From: Chara braunii
Lineage: Eukaryota; Plantae; Charophyceae
Assembly: GCA_003427395.1 (NCBI GenBank)
Contig: BFEA01000036.1
Location: forward strand, 111,871-175,870
Direction: 5' to 3'
Length of the DNA stretch: 64,000 nucleotides
Shown here: positions 11,975 through 25,450 of the stretch, piece by piece
Layout of the letters: the number at the start of each line of letters is the position of its first letter
How positions within the stretch are numbered: the stretch's first letter is position 1
The notes under the pieces: model-generated
What the model was told of the DNA's origin: nothing
Seen by the model: only the letters and a program-made list of their open reading frames with translations
Database searches by the model: none
Position numbers and translations under genes: made by a program

Positions 11975-13809
11975 CAGAATCCCCTCGTAACGTGTTGAAC
12001 CGTATTCTGCTTCAACCTTTGATGCAAGAGAGCACGGAAGTGGGCGAACAACAAGGCGAAGAGGAAGGAGGGAACAGCGGGGCATGGCAAGCAGTGAAGA
12101 TACATGTTAAGCGGCAGCAAGGCAGGCGGTATGGCAGGCAGCAAGCCACGGCACAGGGCATGCGGGCACTTGAACAGTGAGGTAAACAGGAAGGGAACAA
12201 GACAATGAGCAGCAAGGCAGGCAGGCAAGAGGGCAAGCAGTGCAATGAGAAGCAAGGCGAGCAGGCAAGAGGGTGGGCAGCGCAATGAGCAGCAAGGCAG
12301 CAAGGCAGCAAGGCAGGCAGTAAGACACAGGGACTAGCAAACGAACAACAAGCAGGCGCAAGGCTCAATGGCAGGAGGGTAGGGGCAGTTTGGGCAGCCA
12401 AATGACAAGGAACGCAAAAGGAGAAGATGGATAACAGCTATAAGGTGAATACGTGCAAGGGAGGCCAACACAGTGAGCAGCAAGGCAAGCTGCAGCATGA
12501 CACAGAAAAACATGCGCGCACAGCAAGGATCAGTGCAGCTATCAGCTACCCACGTCATATGGAAAATGCTGCAGACTGGAGGTTCACGCCACCAGAAAAG
12601 AGCCAGGGAGTCAAAACATGACTGTTTTGTCACTAGACTCACTACCAGGGAAATCAGGGACACATGCATCCTGGACACAGAAGGCCCCCAGATAGTGTTG
12701 CAGGCACTTCGGCACACCTTCAAGGAACATGGGAAAAAACAAGAGTGCAAAGTTGCAAACAAACTGGACAACTAATTAGAAGAAGAATCAAGATGAAGAA
12801 AATAATGTAAACAAGTTAGAGTAATATGATGCTCTGTGTGTGTAATACCGTCAATACGTTATTGTCGTTACAGCAGGGCCAACGGTTGGGCTGAGCAGCA
12901 TCGGCTCTGGCTGCTTGGGTTCTCTGCATTGTGCTGGCATGCCCCTGGTCAAAAAATTTAGAGAAGCAGAAGGGGGCTATACAGGAATCTGGAAAGAGAA
13001 CTACATTGCGGAGAATTGCACTTCGGATTTACTCCAGTGAATCTTAGGACTGACTTCAGTAATTCTCAGCCGCACTTTCTGCTTCCAACTTCAGATTGTT
13101 AATCATCGCAGGTTCTTTTTTTTTTTTTTTTTTTTTTTTCATCGCAGGTTCTGATCATGATTCAAAATTCAAATCTCTCTCTCAACATGAACAGGTCCCA
13201 TGGGACCGTGGGGTTTTTCAGTAACCTTGTACGCACCTTACTGCAGGGGTTGATTGCGTGGGGGCATTTACATACTGCACCTTGGGTTTGGCTTTTACAA
13301 GTTTTATAACTTTTATTACATACTGTATCTTAGTTTCCACAGGACCACAAGCCTGCATTTTGTGCTGGCAATTTGGCGAACCTGTTTCCGCAACTGATTG
13401 GTCAAAACTTCTCAAAAGTCTTCGGCTCTTGTTTCGCGACTCTTTTCATGATGTTGTCATATTTTTGTGGTTGATTGGAAAGGTGCTCTGTCATTTCCAA
13501 GGATGGATAGTTTTTGAGTCTGCATCACCGTCAGGCCACTTTTGCTGGAGACTCCTGTGAGTCGTTTAAGCGGACAGCATGTTTCTTTGTCTTTGAAAAA
13601 GGTCTCTCCGATCATTATGCATTGTTCACGATATATGTGTCTGTACGTTTTAGCTAATCCATAGGAATGCGTTGATGGCAGTAGAGCAACATGCAATAGG
13701 TAAGTCAATCACGAACAGGGACAGGAAGGCGCTGGTGGTATCAGGTTCTGCGGCAGTTGTTTCAATAAACTGACAAAGTCTTGGAATTGGGGTGCGGTGT
13801 TGTTTGCAG

Positions 13810-16667
13810 GCGGGAAACACCCAAGGAAGTCACTGATTTGCTGATGCTGGCTGTGGGCATAGGGAGGGGTCTCACGGATCCCTGTGATAAGCTGGTACTC
13901 AATGTGGAAGTGGCACGTATCTTTGGATTACTGGGGTTTGAGCGCAAGGCTGCCTTCTTCTCGCGCCAGGTGGCCCAGCTTTATCAACAGCAAGACAGTA
14001 GATGGGCAGCCATGAGTGCACTTCAGGTGTTGATGATTGCTGCACCTCTTTATAGGGTTCCTATACAAAGTGCCCTGAAGCAGCAACAACATGGTTTGCT
14101 TGCGCTTACGGAGAGTGTGGTCGCTCTTTCACGAGACCAGGAGCAGAGGAGGAATGAGAGGAAAGAAGGCGGCATGCAGATCACCAAGAGAAGTAGCTCA
14201 GGGGTATCGCATGCCGTGCGAGGAGTGTTGCCGATGGAGGGGCAGTGGAACACCCTGCAGATGGAATTGCTGGGCGACATGCTGGCAGCTGCTATACGGG
14301 CACAGGACCCCATAGCTGCCTGGAGTGCGGCGGCAAGGTTGTTGAGAGGACACTACAGCTCCATCCTGCCAAATGGGCAGCTTGTCCTCTCTGCAAAGCT
14401 TGTGGCCGCAGCCGAGCGGATGCCGACAGGAAGCCGATGTCTTGATCCTGCCCTGCCGATTGTCAATCTGCACAGCTTTGTTGAGGCGGCCTCAGTGCTG
14501 CAGATTGTCAAGCGGTTCTCAGGACGGAAAGAATGGTGGGTTGACAGTGGCCAACCCACAACTCCTTTTATTTACTCTCCTTTTGCTTCTCAGGGAGGGG
14601 GTTCAGGAAGAGTAGGCAATAATAAGGTCCCACAGATTGTTTGGGTGAGTGGCGAAGTGAGCCAGGTGGTGGTTGAGCTTAGGAATCCCTGTTCATTTGA
14701 GGTTGTGGTCGATAGTCTGTTTCTCAGTGTTGAGGGTGGTTCTTACGATCCATTCCCAGTTGCGCTAAGCTTGCCAGCGAATACAGCTGGACATCTTGTC
14801 ACCTTATCGGGCGTACCCCGATCTGTGGGGCCAGTCAATGTGAGAGGATGTTTTGTGCGAAGCTTTGGCGTACTTACCGAACATTTGTTCAACAACGCTG
14901 TGGACGTATTGGGTCGTAGCAAGGTGGGAGGCTCTGCAATCGTACGGTCTGGGGGTCGCCAAAGACTGGGGTCACATGTTACTGTCGTACCACATTTGCC
15001 GCTACTTGTTGCGACTGTCGCCGGAGGAGAGGGAGCAGGAGTGCTGTATGAGGGCGAGATAAGGGATGTGCAGCTCAGTCTTACGAACGTCGGTGCAGCA
15101 GCAGTGGATGAGGTACACATGTCTCTCTCTGGAAGAAATCGGGAGCAGGTCCTTTCCATAGGGCAGGACGTTTTGCAGTCAAGCTTGCCCCTGTTGCCAG
15201 GAAGCTGTGTGTTGGTGCCTATACGCCTTCGCGCTGGCAAAGCAACCATGGAAGCAAAAGGAAGCGACGGACCAGCAACCCTCAGCCGGCCCAGCACTGC
15301 ACGAGCTGGCGTGAGCAATCAGAAAGCAGGGAGCACCGTTTTGACAATTCACTATGCTGGGAAGGGGCGGGCGGAAGGCTCTGCAGGGGTTGGAAACGTG
15401 AGCACAGAGGCTCTGCCACCAGGGCGTCGGCTGACAATCCCTTTACAACTGCATGTGCTGCAGGGGCTCACACTTGTCCGTGCCCGACTTCTTCCGATGG
15501 ATGTGCGCCCTAGGTCGGCAAACTTCATCGTGGCAATGCCTGGCCGGAGAGGAGCAGCAGCAACAGGACATGCAAGCAAGGGTGCCGGAGGCGAACTGGA
15601 GAGGTACCCTGGTCCTGGGCCTGGACTGAGGCTGATGGAGTTGGAATTGTTCAACACAACAGATGTACTTTTTGAAGTGAGTGTGATGATTCGGCAGCAG
15701 GAAGCACACACACGAGTGCTTCCCGATGGTGAATGCGAGGAAGACCCGGTGGGAACACCAAGAATGGTGTTGTATAGGTGTCATGTTTCAGAATCTCCAG
15801 TCACAGCGTACCCTGCAACCCGCATTGACAGGGATTGCTCAGCAAGGTTGTTGATACCGATTCAACGGTTTAGATTGCGGCCAAGTGCAGGAGGAAACAC
15901 ACCTAGAAATGCAAGGGATAATCTGACACCGAGCATCCAAGGGCAGCAAAGAGTAAGAGGATCAAGCAGCACAGGAATGGCAGACCCAGTGAGCTCAAGG
16001 TCGTTGGCCGAGCTGGATGCCACAGTTGATTCGCTGGCCTCGCAGATATGCGTCCGTTGGCAGTCTGGACGAAATAGTACTGGCGAGCTGTCTATAAGGG
16101 ACGCGATCCGTCAAGCGCTTGAACCCCCAGCGTTTGATCTGCTCTTTCCGGATCCGGTCACATTTACATTTGTTGTTGGGAGGTCAGTCACTCAGCTTCC
16201 TCAGCCAGTGTCTTCTCCATCTGCTCGAGTGTGTGATAACACGCCCTCAGGTCATGGTAACGGAAGGCCTAAGCTTCAGATCTCTGGATCGACTCTGCGG
16301 TTGGCATCACTACGATCTCCTGGCTCCTCCCCGATGGAATCGCCATCAGCAGTAAGCAAATTTGCATCGCCGGCTGCCAGCTCCCCGGTAACAGCGGTCG
16401 TAGCATATCGTGCCGCGGATGAGGGAGAAGCATCACCTCGGTCTGCAAATGCACAGGGAGGAGATCTTGTCGACCAGAAACTGCCTGGAGAGAGTTCCGA
16501 GTTCCTTTGCATGAAAGCCACGGTTCGGGAGCTGACGCCAATCGTGCTGATAGTGCGAAATAATAGTCCACAGCTGCAGAAAATGGCAGTAACGATCTCT
16601 TGTCAGGATGTTGCAGGCTCCAATTGTCTGGGTTCGGAGGCGTCAAAGGCAACAGTCCTATGGGCAG
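13810..16667 (+). CDS. TRS120: TRS120/TRAPPC9, large internal exon (2858 bp)
   Basis: Open frame with TRS120 motifs GFERKAAFFSRQVAQLY, PFIYSPF, ELRNPCSFEV, LYEGEIRD, RWQSGRNSTGEL, CQDVAGSNC and VLWAG. tttgcag acceptor, gtgagt donor. Confidence 0.95.
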
Positions 16668-17232
16668 GTGAGTGTGCTTTCCTGTGCTAAGTTCGTCCTT
16701 TTTTCTTCGTCTTCTTTATTATTGCAATGCTGCATAACATATCTTTTTTCAGATTTTTTTCAATGTTTTTAAGTCAGATTTTTTTTCCTTCGGGGCGGGG
16801 GGGGGGGGGGGGAGAGTGCTAAGTCACTTCTACTTTGCAGATCAGACGGCGATGTCTTCCATATGTGTTTGTTTTACAGCTTCTCTTTCATTTCACATGC
16901 AGCCTTTAGATATTCTGGATCTGCTGGACTGTCCATTCCATTGCAGATGCATCGACTCTGTGTAATACAGTTCGATTGGCGCGATACACACTGGTCTACA
17001 ACTCTACAGAGTCTACACTCCTCTGGGTTCTGACCTGCTTAAATGTTAGTGTCATCTGGTCATCTGTGCTTATATCACCTTGTGGGGGTTGACAGGGCTC
17101 TGGTCCTCTTATGTGGGTGCCATTGCCATGGGCACAACATCAGACTGGTGTATAACTTTGTATTACAACAGTAGTCTTCACCCGACTAGAACGCCCGGTC
17201 ATTATAGCTGTTTTTGGGGGCAACTTCCATCT

Positions 17233-17270
17233 CTGTCTCTTATACACATCTAGATGTGTATAAGAGACAG
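17233..17270. other. Nextera mate-pair junction adapter (two inverted Tn5 mosaic ends); sequencing artefact
   Basis: CTGTCTCTTATACACATCT followed by AGATGTGTATAAGAGACAG, an exact match. Confidence 0.98.
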
Positions 17271-17287
17271 CTTCTACTCAATCAGCC

Positions 17288-17392
17288 CCGTCTTCACCCG
17301 AATAGAACGCCCGTCATTATAGCTGTATTTGGGGCCAACTTCCAGCTCAGAAACAGCGATAATTACCAGGCATTCTATTCGGGTGAAGGCGG
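17288..17392. repeat. ~105-bp foldback element (family also in RPL18 introns)
   Basis: Arms CCGTCTTCACCCGAATAGAA / TTCTATTCGGGTGAAGGCGG with internal GTCATTATAGCTGTAT. Confidence 0.75.
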
Positions 17393-17837
17393 TAGCGGTT
17401 CTGACCCTCTTGAATGCTTGTGCCGTCTGTGCTTGTATCGCCCTGTGGGGGTTGACAGGGCTTTGGGCCTCTTATGTGGGTGTCATTGCCATCGCCCAGG
17501 GTTGTTCTCCTTTTTATTAGTGTTAGCCCCCCCTTATTATTGTATCCATCATCAGGATTTGAAGCCTTCACTGTTCATTAACAGCTACGTGTGTGACACT
17601 GTGTGTATCATTCCGCTCTGTTTATCCGTCTTCTTGTTCTCTTTCCCTTCAAAGACTAGTTCACCCGAACCTAAGCCGGCCTCCTACTGGTCTACACAGC
17701 AAGGCCATGACGCTTTGTGAAAGCGGAAGGCCACTAGTGAAAGTGGAAGGCCACTAGGGAAAGGAACAGTTGGAGGCTCACGAGCCTTGGAGGGTCGCTT
17801 CGTCATCTTAGGCTCATGTGAGCTGGTGTGTTTAACA

Positions 17838-17882
<45 letters not shown>

Positions 17883-18116
17883 CACCTTTGCGCTTTCGCC
17901 CCCCTTTGACAGTGGTACATATCTTGTTGCATCGATCGAGATGACATTTAGACCAGTGTGAAGTTGCAGCTCCACATTTGCCTCTCGCACCCTAGCGGCC
18001 CCCACCCGCACGCCCCCTGCCAACCCGCTTTTCACTCACTCCCTGCCTTCTTGATTGCTTTTGGGTTGTCAGTGGCTGGATTACAAATGACTGTCGTCAT
18101 CGGTGATCGTTTACAG

Positions 18117-18382
18117 GTACCTTGACAGGTGCAGAGCTGGTCGTGGGTCCATGGAGCGAATGCATGCACAAATTTGCTCTCTACTTCCTGGTGCCGGGAA
18201 GCTACACGTTGATTGGGTCATGCTTCATGTTGAGTGACACATGGCAGAAAGCCATAGCTGACCAGAGTGATGGCGGTGCTAGGTTCAGGACTGGCATCCC
18301 AGAGGTCAGCAGTCCGCCGCTTTCGATCATCAAGGGGCTGCAGCACATTGTTGGAGAACCGTTCAAGATACGGGTTGTGTGA
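18117..18382 (+). CDS. TRS120: TRS120/TRAPPC9, terminal coding exon
   Basis: tttacag acceptor; in-phase GTLTGAELVVGP..HKFALYFLVPGSYTL...GEPFKIRVV stop, matching the plant TRS120 C-terminus. Confidence 0.9.
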
Positions 18383-19860
18383 CCCTTGATCTCTGAAGTG
18401 GGTGGCGAACAGTTTCGCAGCTGTCAAATTGGGAGTCAGCAGTCGGTTCTTAACTTCATGAGGTGGGTTCTTAACTTCTTACAGCTTTTGTTTCCCATCT
18501 TGAGAGTGCGAACGACTGTTTTGAAACCGAGCGAGCTGTAGAGAAAGGCCTCAAAGTGGAGATCTGCCAAACGTCGACTTGTGCACCCGGTTTCCCTCAT
18601 TTCCCCACCCACCTGTGGGAGCGGTAGGCCTCATGGGTTGGTTTAAACAAGGGGGGTGGGGTGGGGTGGGGTGGGGTGGGAACGAGTCCAGGCAGGTGCT
18701 CGTAGAACATCTTGAGCAGGGTGCTGTGATGCTTCTGATGGGTGAAATCCTTTTCCTCTGAGGCAGTGACAGGAGGACAGGTCCGTGCTGCCGAGGGCTT
18801 TGTCTTAGGGTTTGATGCTCTGCTCTTTGCTGTCGAAGTAGGAACAGGGGTCGGACGTGGTTATGGCAGGTGGTGGTACCGTTTGGTGCGCACGAGTTCT
18901 TTTTTCTTTTTTTTCACATAAAGGGTCAGCCCATAACATTATTGTTTTAATTCGATTCCGTTCAGATTCGCAGATTCGAACTCGTAATCTGTTTTACGGA
19001 CAGATACATGTGTATACCATTCAGCCACCTGGGTTCTCGACAGGAAGGTACGCGGAATTCTGCAGACTGCCGAAGATTACAATGGATATGTCTTGACTCT
19101 TGATGTTTCCACACAGTTGCTCAGTTGTGGAAACTCAGACAGAGTCGGAGTGAGTGTGCACCCGCCTTTTCTGTCAGAGTACTTCATTAGATGCGCTTGT
19201 TACAGTAGTCTCAGGAAGAGGGGCATGCAGATGTGCTTTGCTGTTAAAGATTTTATCACCCCTCTTATGGGGCTGCAAACACATGGGTTGCGCCTGTCCA
19301 TTCCGTCAGTACTTTGGTAGTAGCACTCGTTAAGCCACCGAGCAAGGTCCACCGGTTGGTGTGCCAGCCTTTCGTGGACGTATGCGCCTGCCTGCACACT
19401 GTTAACTTCAAATGGTTTCAAGAGGCGCGCAGAGGGCGAAAAAGGAAGGGTCCCTAGAGTCGTAAGACAGGCGGTTTGAGAAGAGGAGGGGCGTGCATGC
19501 ATCATTGGCTGTGGCTGTTGAAGATTTTCTCCCCTTGTCTGGGGTTGTCGCAGTTTTCACATGGGCTGCAGCTAGCAAAGACTCTGATTCGAAGAGTTCT
19601 TAATCGCAGAAAGAAGAGGCTGGATTGGCCATTAGCAGCAGGTCTTCTCGCATGTCATTGCTGCTTGGTTCTGCTTCACTGGTTCAGGGTCAAGGTTGCC
19701 TTTTATTATTTGTATTTCTCTTTTTGTTGAGGTTTGTCTTTTCATTGTTTTCAATATGCACCACTTTGGCTGTTCTGCATTCAAGGCACTGCCAACGATT
19801 GTTGTCTGAGCTGTTGGGTGTTTCCCCCTCCCACCCCGCCCTTCTCTTGAGCAATGTTGC

Positions 19861-19891
<31 letters not shown>

Positions 19892-20623
19892 GGGGGGGGG
19901 GGGAGAACCCCTGTTGCAATCCACAAAGCAGCACTGTCGCTTGCACGAAAAAGTTCAAAGTTGGGTGTGTGAATTGCGGCAGCAATTAACCGCATTTTCC
20001 GTTTTTGCCACTCTGCCGGTTCTCCGCACTACGCTACTGGTAGCCCACAGGAACCTGTGCTACCAATCCTCCTGATGTCTTTTATTTTTTATTTTTATTT
20101 TTATTTTTATTTTTTATTTTTATTTTTTATATATTTATTTATTAAATTAATAAATTATTTATTTATTTTTATTTATTTATTTTCGGTGGTGGTGCTCACA
20201 GGACCCATCCCTTTTTTTTCTTTTTTTCTTTTTAATTTAATTTAATTTTATTTTATTTTTTTGGGTGATGGTGCTCACACGGCATCCCATTCCTACCTCA
20301 ACATTCTTCTTCCTTAGCGGAACCCCTACTTCTCCATCTATGGGGGGCACTGTTGACCCTTACCTCGTGGGTGGAGGAGTTTTTAAAGTTATTCCGTCCG
20401 GGTGTAATGCCATGTCGCGACTTATCCTGACCAGATTTCTGCCATTTTGGATATCAGCCGTCAGATAAGCGACTCATTTTTCAGACCCTGTCTGTGGTGC
20501 CCCACAAAGTGCGAATGGAAACACGGGCAGAGTCTCGGAAATCACTAAGTGTCTGCACTTGGATTGGCTCTATTCAACCGACCGAGAAAAGGAAACTTGA
20601 GAAAACAGAAAAGGTCCTAGAGC

Positions 20624-20986
20624 GCCCAAGCAGGCTAGGTTTGAGCATGGAAGTAGGGAGGTCGTGGGTTCGATTCCCCACATCGTCCATTCTAATCCTC
20701 ACAGCCTCCTGTGATGCGCTTCGGGATCTCCAGTGAAGATAATTGGCTTGGGCCTCCTGGCTGGCTGAAAAGCGACCATTTGCGCCTTCCAGCTCGCACC
20801 TGGTGTTAGAAGCTTGGGTGCTGCTCCCCGCACAGAGCAGATGTGGCTTCTTCATAACTTAGGAGAGATTTCCTGCCTTGGGCACGAAAAACCCTGTAGC
20901 GGATTGCTAAGCTGCGTGTAGGTAGGTAGTTAGTGGGAGATGTATCGAGAGACGAATATAAGTTAGTTTTTTGTTTAAAAAAAAAA
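20624..20986 (+). mobile_element. tRNA-derived SINE
   Basis: 15-bp TSD AAAAGGTCCTAGAGC (20609-20623 and 20987-21001), B box GGTTCGATTCC at 20667-20677, poly(A) tail. Confidence 0.85.
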
Positions 20987-21930
20987 AAAAGGTCCTAGAG
21001 CAGATCTCACAATGAAACAGAAAAAACCTACAGCAGATCTTCTGCATCACACAGAAAGGAAAATGCCGGCGCAGCCCAAACTCTGCTTTACCTTTTGGGG
21101 TAGGACCGTTTGCATTTTCCTCTTTGGGCTGCCGGCCCTGCTCCACTAAACATTCGACATACACACCTGGCCTATGTCTGGACCACATCCTTGCGCTGAT
21201 CGAGCCTTTTGAATGTATTGGGACCACTACCAGACCCAGATACATTCAGATGTTGCACAGTGGAGCGAGGCCCAGTACTGAGAGAGAGTGCATGGTGGGC
21301 CTTGCTTCACAATTCGACACTCGATATGTACCTGGACATTTCCATATACATCCGGACTGTTTGAGCCTTTTGAATGTATATGGACAAGTACAAGAATCAT
21401 GTACGTTCAGAATGGTGTGCAGTGGACCCAGGCTTCAGTGACAAGAGAGAGTGCACTTCGCCCATTTTTGTTGAGGCGAGACTCTGCTCGGCACAGCCCA
21501 GAAAGGAACATGGCAAGAAAATGAAATAGGCGGGTTTGCGCGGCGGCAGATGTTCCTCGTGGGCAGCGCAGAGTAGGGTATCGGCTTTGCACTCTGTCTC
21601 GCTAGCACGTGTGTGGCGAAGTGCATTCTCTCTCTCACACACATGCATGGCGAAGCGTGCTCTCTCTCTCACTCACATTTGGTGAAGCGCACTCTTTGTG
21701 CTTCGAGGGGCATAGTCCCATTCACATTTGGTGGAAAAATGAAATACGCGAGTTTGTGCGAGGTAGCGACTGCACTGGAACCAGCCTGGTGACAGGAAGT
21801 GCAGTGTGTGTGTGTGTGTGTGTGTGTTCCAGCCTTGTCATCACCGTGCGTGTTCCCCTACACATAAGGCTTATGGTTGGTTGGCGCAAGGTAGCGACTG
21901 CACTTGAACCAGCTCAATGACAGGAAGTGC

Positions 21931-22005
<75 letters not shown>

Positions 22006-23288
22006 GAGAGGGAGGGAGAGATGGCTCCAGCCTTGTCATCAGCGCTCCAGCCTTGTCATCACCGTGCGTGTTCCCCTACACATAAGGCTTATGGTTGACC
22101 GTCCAATCTTTGTCCTTTTCATCAGCTGATGTGGAGGGGAGAGAACTTGAAAGTCAAAGACAGGGCATGAGGGCACAAGACGAATAGGGTACGGCAGGCA
22201 AATTAAGGTTGTCGGCGTCAAGGGGTTTGTGGAGGGGGTAAACCGTGGAGGAGTATCCTAAGGTAAATGGGAGGATGATGGACCAAATTTTTGAAGAGGG
22301 AATGGGCAGCCTGGATTCTGAGGGAACCAATCAGGCTATGGGATCGATTGGAGGAGGATGGAATGTCAACTAATCAGGGTGAGGATGTAGGAACCAATGA
22401 AGTGCGGGAGAAGGCACGGCAAGGCACGACAAGGCCGCGAGTTGCTAAAAGACAAAACTGCAGGTTGCAGGGGGGGGAGGGGGGGGAGCGGACAAGGTGG
22501 GGAAGGAGAGATTGGAAAGAATTTGGAAGGGATGAAAAGGGCAGAGGCGGGGGAGAAGGATAATAACAAAGGCCCTGAATCACGACAGGGGTAGGGGCCG
22601 CAGGGCAGATGTGGATGTGCCGGTGATGGAGGACAGAAATGAAGAGAGGAACGGTGACTGACAAAGGAAGAGAGAGGACATACTATATCCACATGGGCCA
22701 CATCGGTTATTGGAGTAGGAGATCGGAAAGGATCCCAATGGAGGAGAGAGAGCAGTGTAAAAAGACGGGAAGAGGGAGGCGACAAACACAGGATGAGGAG
22801 GGAAGAAGTTGATGAATTATTTACTTCAGGGTGATGGTGGTGAGAGAAACAAAAGCACAAAACAACCGATGAAACTGCTAATCGCACGTTGTCGAAGACT
22901 CAATCGAACACGTCACCATTTGATCCCCATGCAAAGGTGATGAGCAAATGATGTTGATGTGAATTACACCGACACATTAAATAAAGAGGAGAGATGCAAC
23001 CGGTCTGTTAACATTGCTGCTAGTAATATGGATATTCCAATTGTTAAAAAACAAAAAAGGCATGCATGCAATGGAGTGATGGGAGGACCAACTAGACTCC
23101 AGATGTGAAAAGACGACGACATACCAGTTTATATAAATAAAGAGTAAATGCGCTGAAAAATGAGCGATGAACGATGCAATCATGTCATACTACCAATCAG
23201 TATTTCGTAGTCACATTTATTTCTTTGTTTTAAACATTCCGATTCCTTCAGGGTGGAACTTCGAATGAGGACAGGCTTGCCTCCTTAA

Positions 23289-24074
23289 ACCACCACTACC
23301 CCCGCCGTCCTAAATTATGGGGGACCGGTTGCACAGGTCCATGAGGGCTACCGGTAGCACAGTGGGGGGATCTGGCGGAGTGGCAAAATTGGAATATGCA
23401 TCGAATTGCCCCCATGATTTATTCCGGGGTTGAAATGAATTTTTAATTTGTTAAAAATGTTTCTCCTAAAAAGACAACGACGAAATTTGCGGACCCTCCA
23501 AGTTTCAGAAAATTTTGAGTATTGTATTGGACGTGAAAAATTGTTGGAGTCGGAGTACTTTTCCTGTTGGCGGACACGTGATAGAGCGGCAAAAATGGAA
23601 TGTGGGACGAATTGCTGTGACATTTGTTTTACGGTCTGAATTTTTTTTTCAATTTTTAAAATATTTTTCATGGAAAGTTCACGACCAAATCTACAGGCCT
23701 GTCAATTTGCAGAGTTGTTGAGTCATCCTTCTGAGCGCAAAAAATTGAGGAAGTTGGGGTACTTTTCCCTTTGGCCCACACATTGTAGGGTGGCAAAACT
23801 GAAAAATGTGATGAAATGGCGCGGCATTTATTTGACGGTCTAAATATTTTTATTTTATTTTATTGATATTTTTCCTAGAAAGATCACAATCTAATCTACA
23901 GGAACTCAATTTTTCAGATTTTGTTTTGATTATTATGAGCACGAAAAATCGCCGAAGTTGGCGCTTGAAAATTCATAGACTGAACCCGCGTGCACCTGCC
24001 AATCACCGCCCCCCTAAGAACCTAGTCCGTAAGGCCAGGAAATGTGATTTTAGGACGGAGGGGGTAGTGGTGGC
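23289..24074. mobile_element. Non-autonomous DNA transposon with 26-bp TIRs and TTAA TSD
   Basis: TTAA|ACCACCACTACCCCCGCCGTCCTAAA ... TTTAGGACGGAGGGGGTAGTGGTGGC|TTAA, with an AT-rich non-coding interior. Confidence 0.85.
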
Positions 24075-24242
24075 TTAATGGGAAGACAATGCGCCAACCC
24101 CACTAGGATATTCTTGTTATGTCCCTCTTGCTAGCTATCTTCTCCTGCATCACTCTTGCCAATCTCTTGTTGTTTTTCCCCATGATCCCTCTTTCTCTAG
24201 AGGGTGCGTTCAATCATTCATCTTCAAATGCCCTCTCTCATG

Positions 24243-24328
<86 letters not shown>

Positions 24329-24586
24329 CTCTTTTTGGCAATATATCTTTTTTTTTGTGGGTGTTTTGCTGGTTTGTGATGGGGTGTGAAACGACAGTCT
24401 GTGGAGTTTTTCATCTGGTGTTGGTGAATGATAGTCTGCTTTGATTTTCGTCATGGGTTCGGGTACCTTAAGGGCAGTGGTTGGTACCCACCTCAAGGTA
24501 TCAGTTGTCGCGCAGTCGTTGATGCTTAACCACAACCGGGGTTAAGGTGAATTATCGCTTATAGTGTAATCAGTTAGGGGATTCTG

Positions 24587-24644
24587 CAGATTGTTGAGGG
24601 TTCAGCCTCCTGATGAGTCGGTGAAACTCCAACGAAACAGTTTG
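24587..24644 (+). ncRNA. Type III hammerhead ribozyme
   Basis: CAGAUUG UU/GAGG GUUCAG CCUC CUGAUGA GUCGG UGAAACU CCAAC GAAA CAGUUUG. Core intact, GUU triplet. Confidence 0.88.
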
Positions 24645-24834
24645 TCACATCCCCTTGTTTGTTGTCTTCTTCTCCCTCTCTGCCTACGGTTTATCAGGCA
24701 GCTCTGTTTGACAATATACACCATGATTTTGCAAGCACCTTGCTACGGTTTTCTCTGGTCAGGTCGAGCGGTAGTGGTCGGGGCCGTCACTATATGGCCA
24801 TGTTGTGCCTCTAGTGCCAGCAGCGTGTCCAGAG

Positions 24835-25122
24835 CTAGGCTACCAGCCGGGCCGCCCGGGTCACCCTATTTTCCCGGACGGCCCAGCCGTGCAAGGACCA
24901 TGGAAGGCCCTAGCAAAAAAAAACAAAAAACAAAAAAATCAGAAAAATCCGAAAAAAAACTATGTTATGCAGAAAAGTAACCTGAACAACTTTTGCCTCA
25001 GGGTCACATCGAAATTCTTTACCAATTTTAAAATAAAAAATAAAGTGAAAAAAATATTTTTATTTTTTTATTTTTTTATTATTTTTTGGCCCGGTCGGCC
25101 CCGGGCCACTCTGGTAGCCTAG
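24835..25122. mobile_element. MITE, TIR CTAGGCTACCAG, 8-bp TSD (hAT-like)
   Basis: TSD GTCCAGAG/GTCCAGGG; four copies in the window. Confidence 0.88.
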
Positions 25123-25392
25123 GTCCAGGGTGTATTTTTTGGTTGTGACAAACCTTTCTTTGTTTCGTGGGTGTTTTGTTGGCTTGTGATGGGGTGTGAA
25201 CCGGCAGTCTGTACAATTTTCCATCTGGTGTGGGTGAGTGATAAGTCTGCTTCGATTTTCATGACGGATGCCTTTGAGGGCAGTGGTTGGTGCCCACCTC
25301 AGGGTATCAGTTGTCGGTCAGTCGTTAATGCTTAAACACAGTCGGGGTTAAGGTGGATGATCACTTACAGTGTAATCGGTTAGGGGATTTTG

Positions 25393-25450
25393 TAGACTAA
25401 TGAGGGTTCAACCTTATGATGAGTCGGTGGAACTTCGACGAAACAGTTTG
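25393..25450 (+). ncRNA. Type III hammerhead ribozyme, degenerate copy
   Basis: UAGACUA AU GAGG GUUCAA CCUU AUGAUGA GUCGG UGGAACU UCGAC GAAA CAGUUUG. Core C3 and the cleavage triplet are mutated. Confidence 0.78.

Noticed and set aside
13781-16690. 969-aa ORF as a stand-alone gene
   Set aside because: It is one exon of TRS120; splice sites at 13810 and 16667 link it to flanking exons.
17233-17270. Tn5 ends as horizontal transfer of a bacterial transposon
   Set aside because: It is the synthetic Nextera mate-pair junction sequence.
24838-25119. MITE family read as Tc1/mariner (Stowaway) with a TA TSD
   Set aside because: Extending the TIR to CTAG reveals matching 8-bp flanking duplications in three copies, which fits better.
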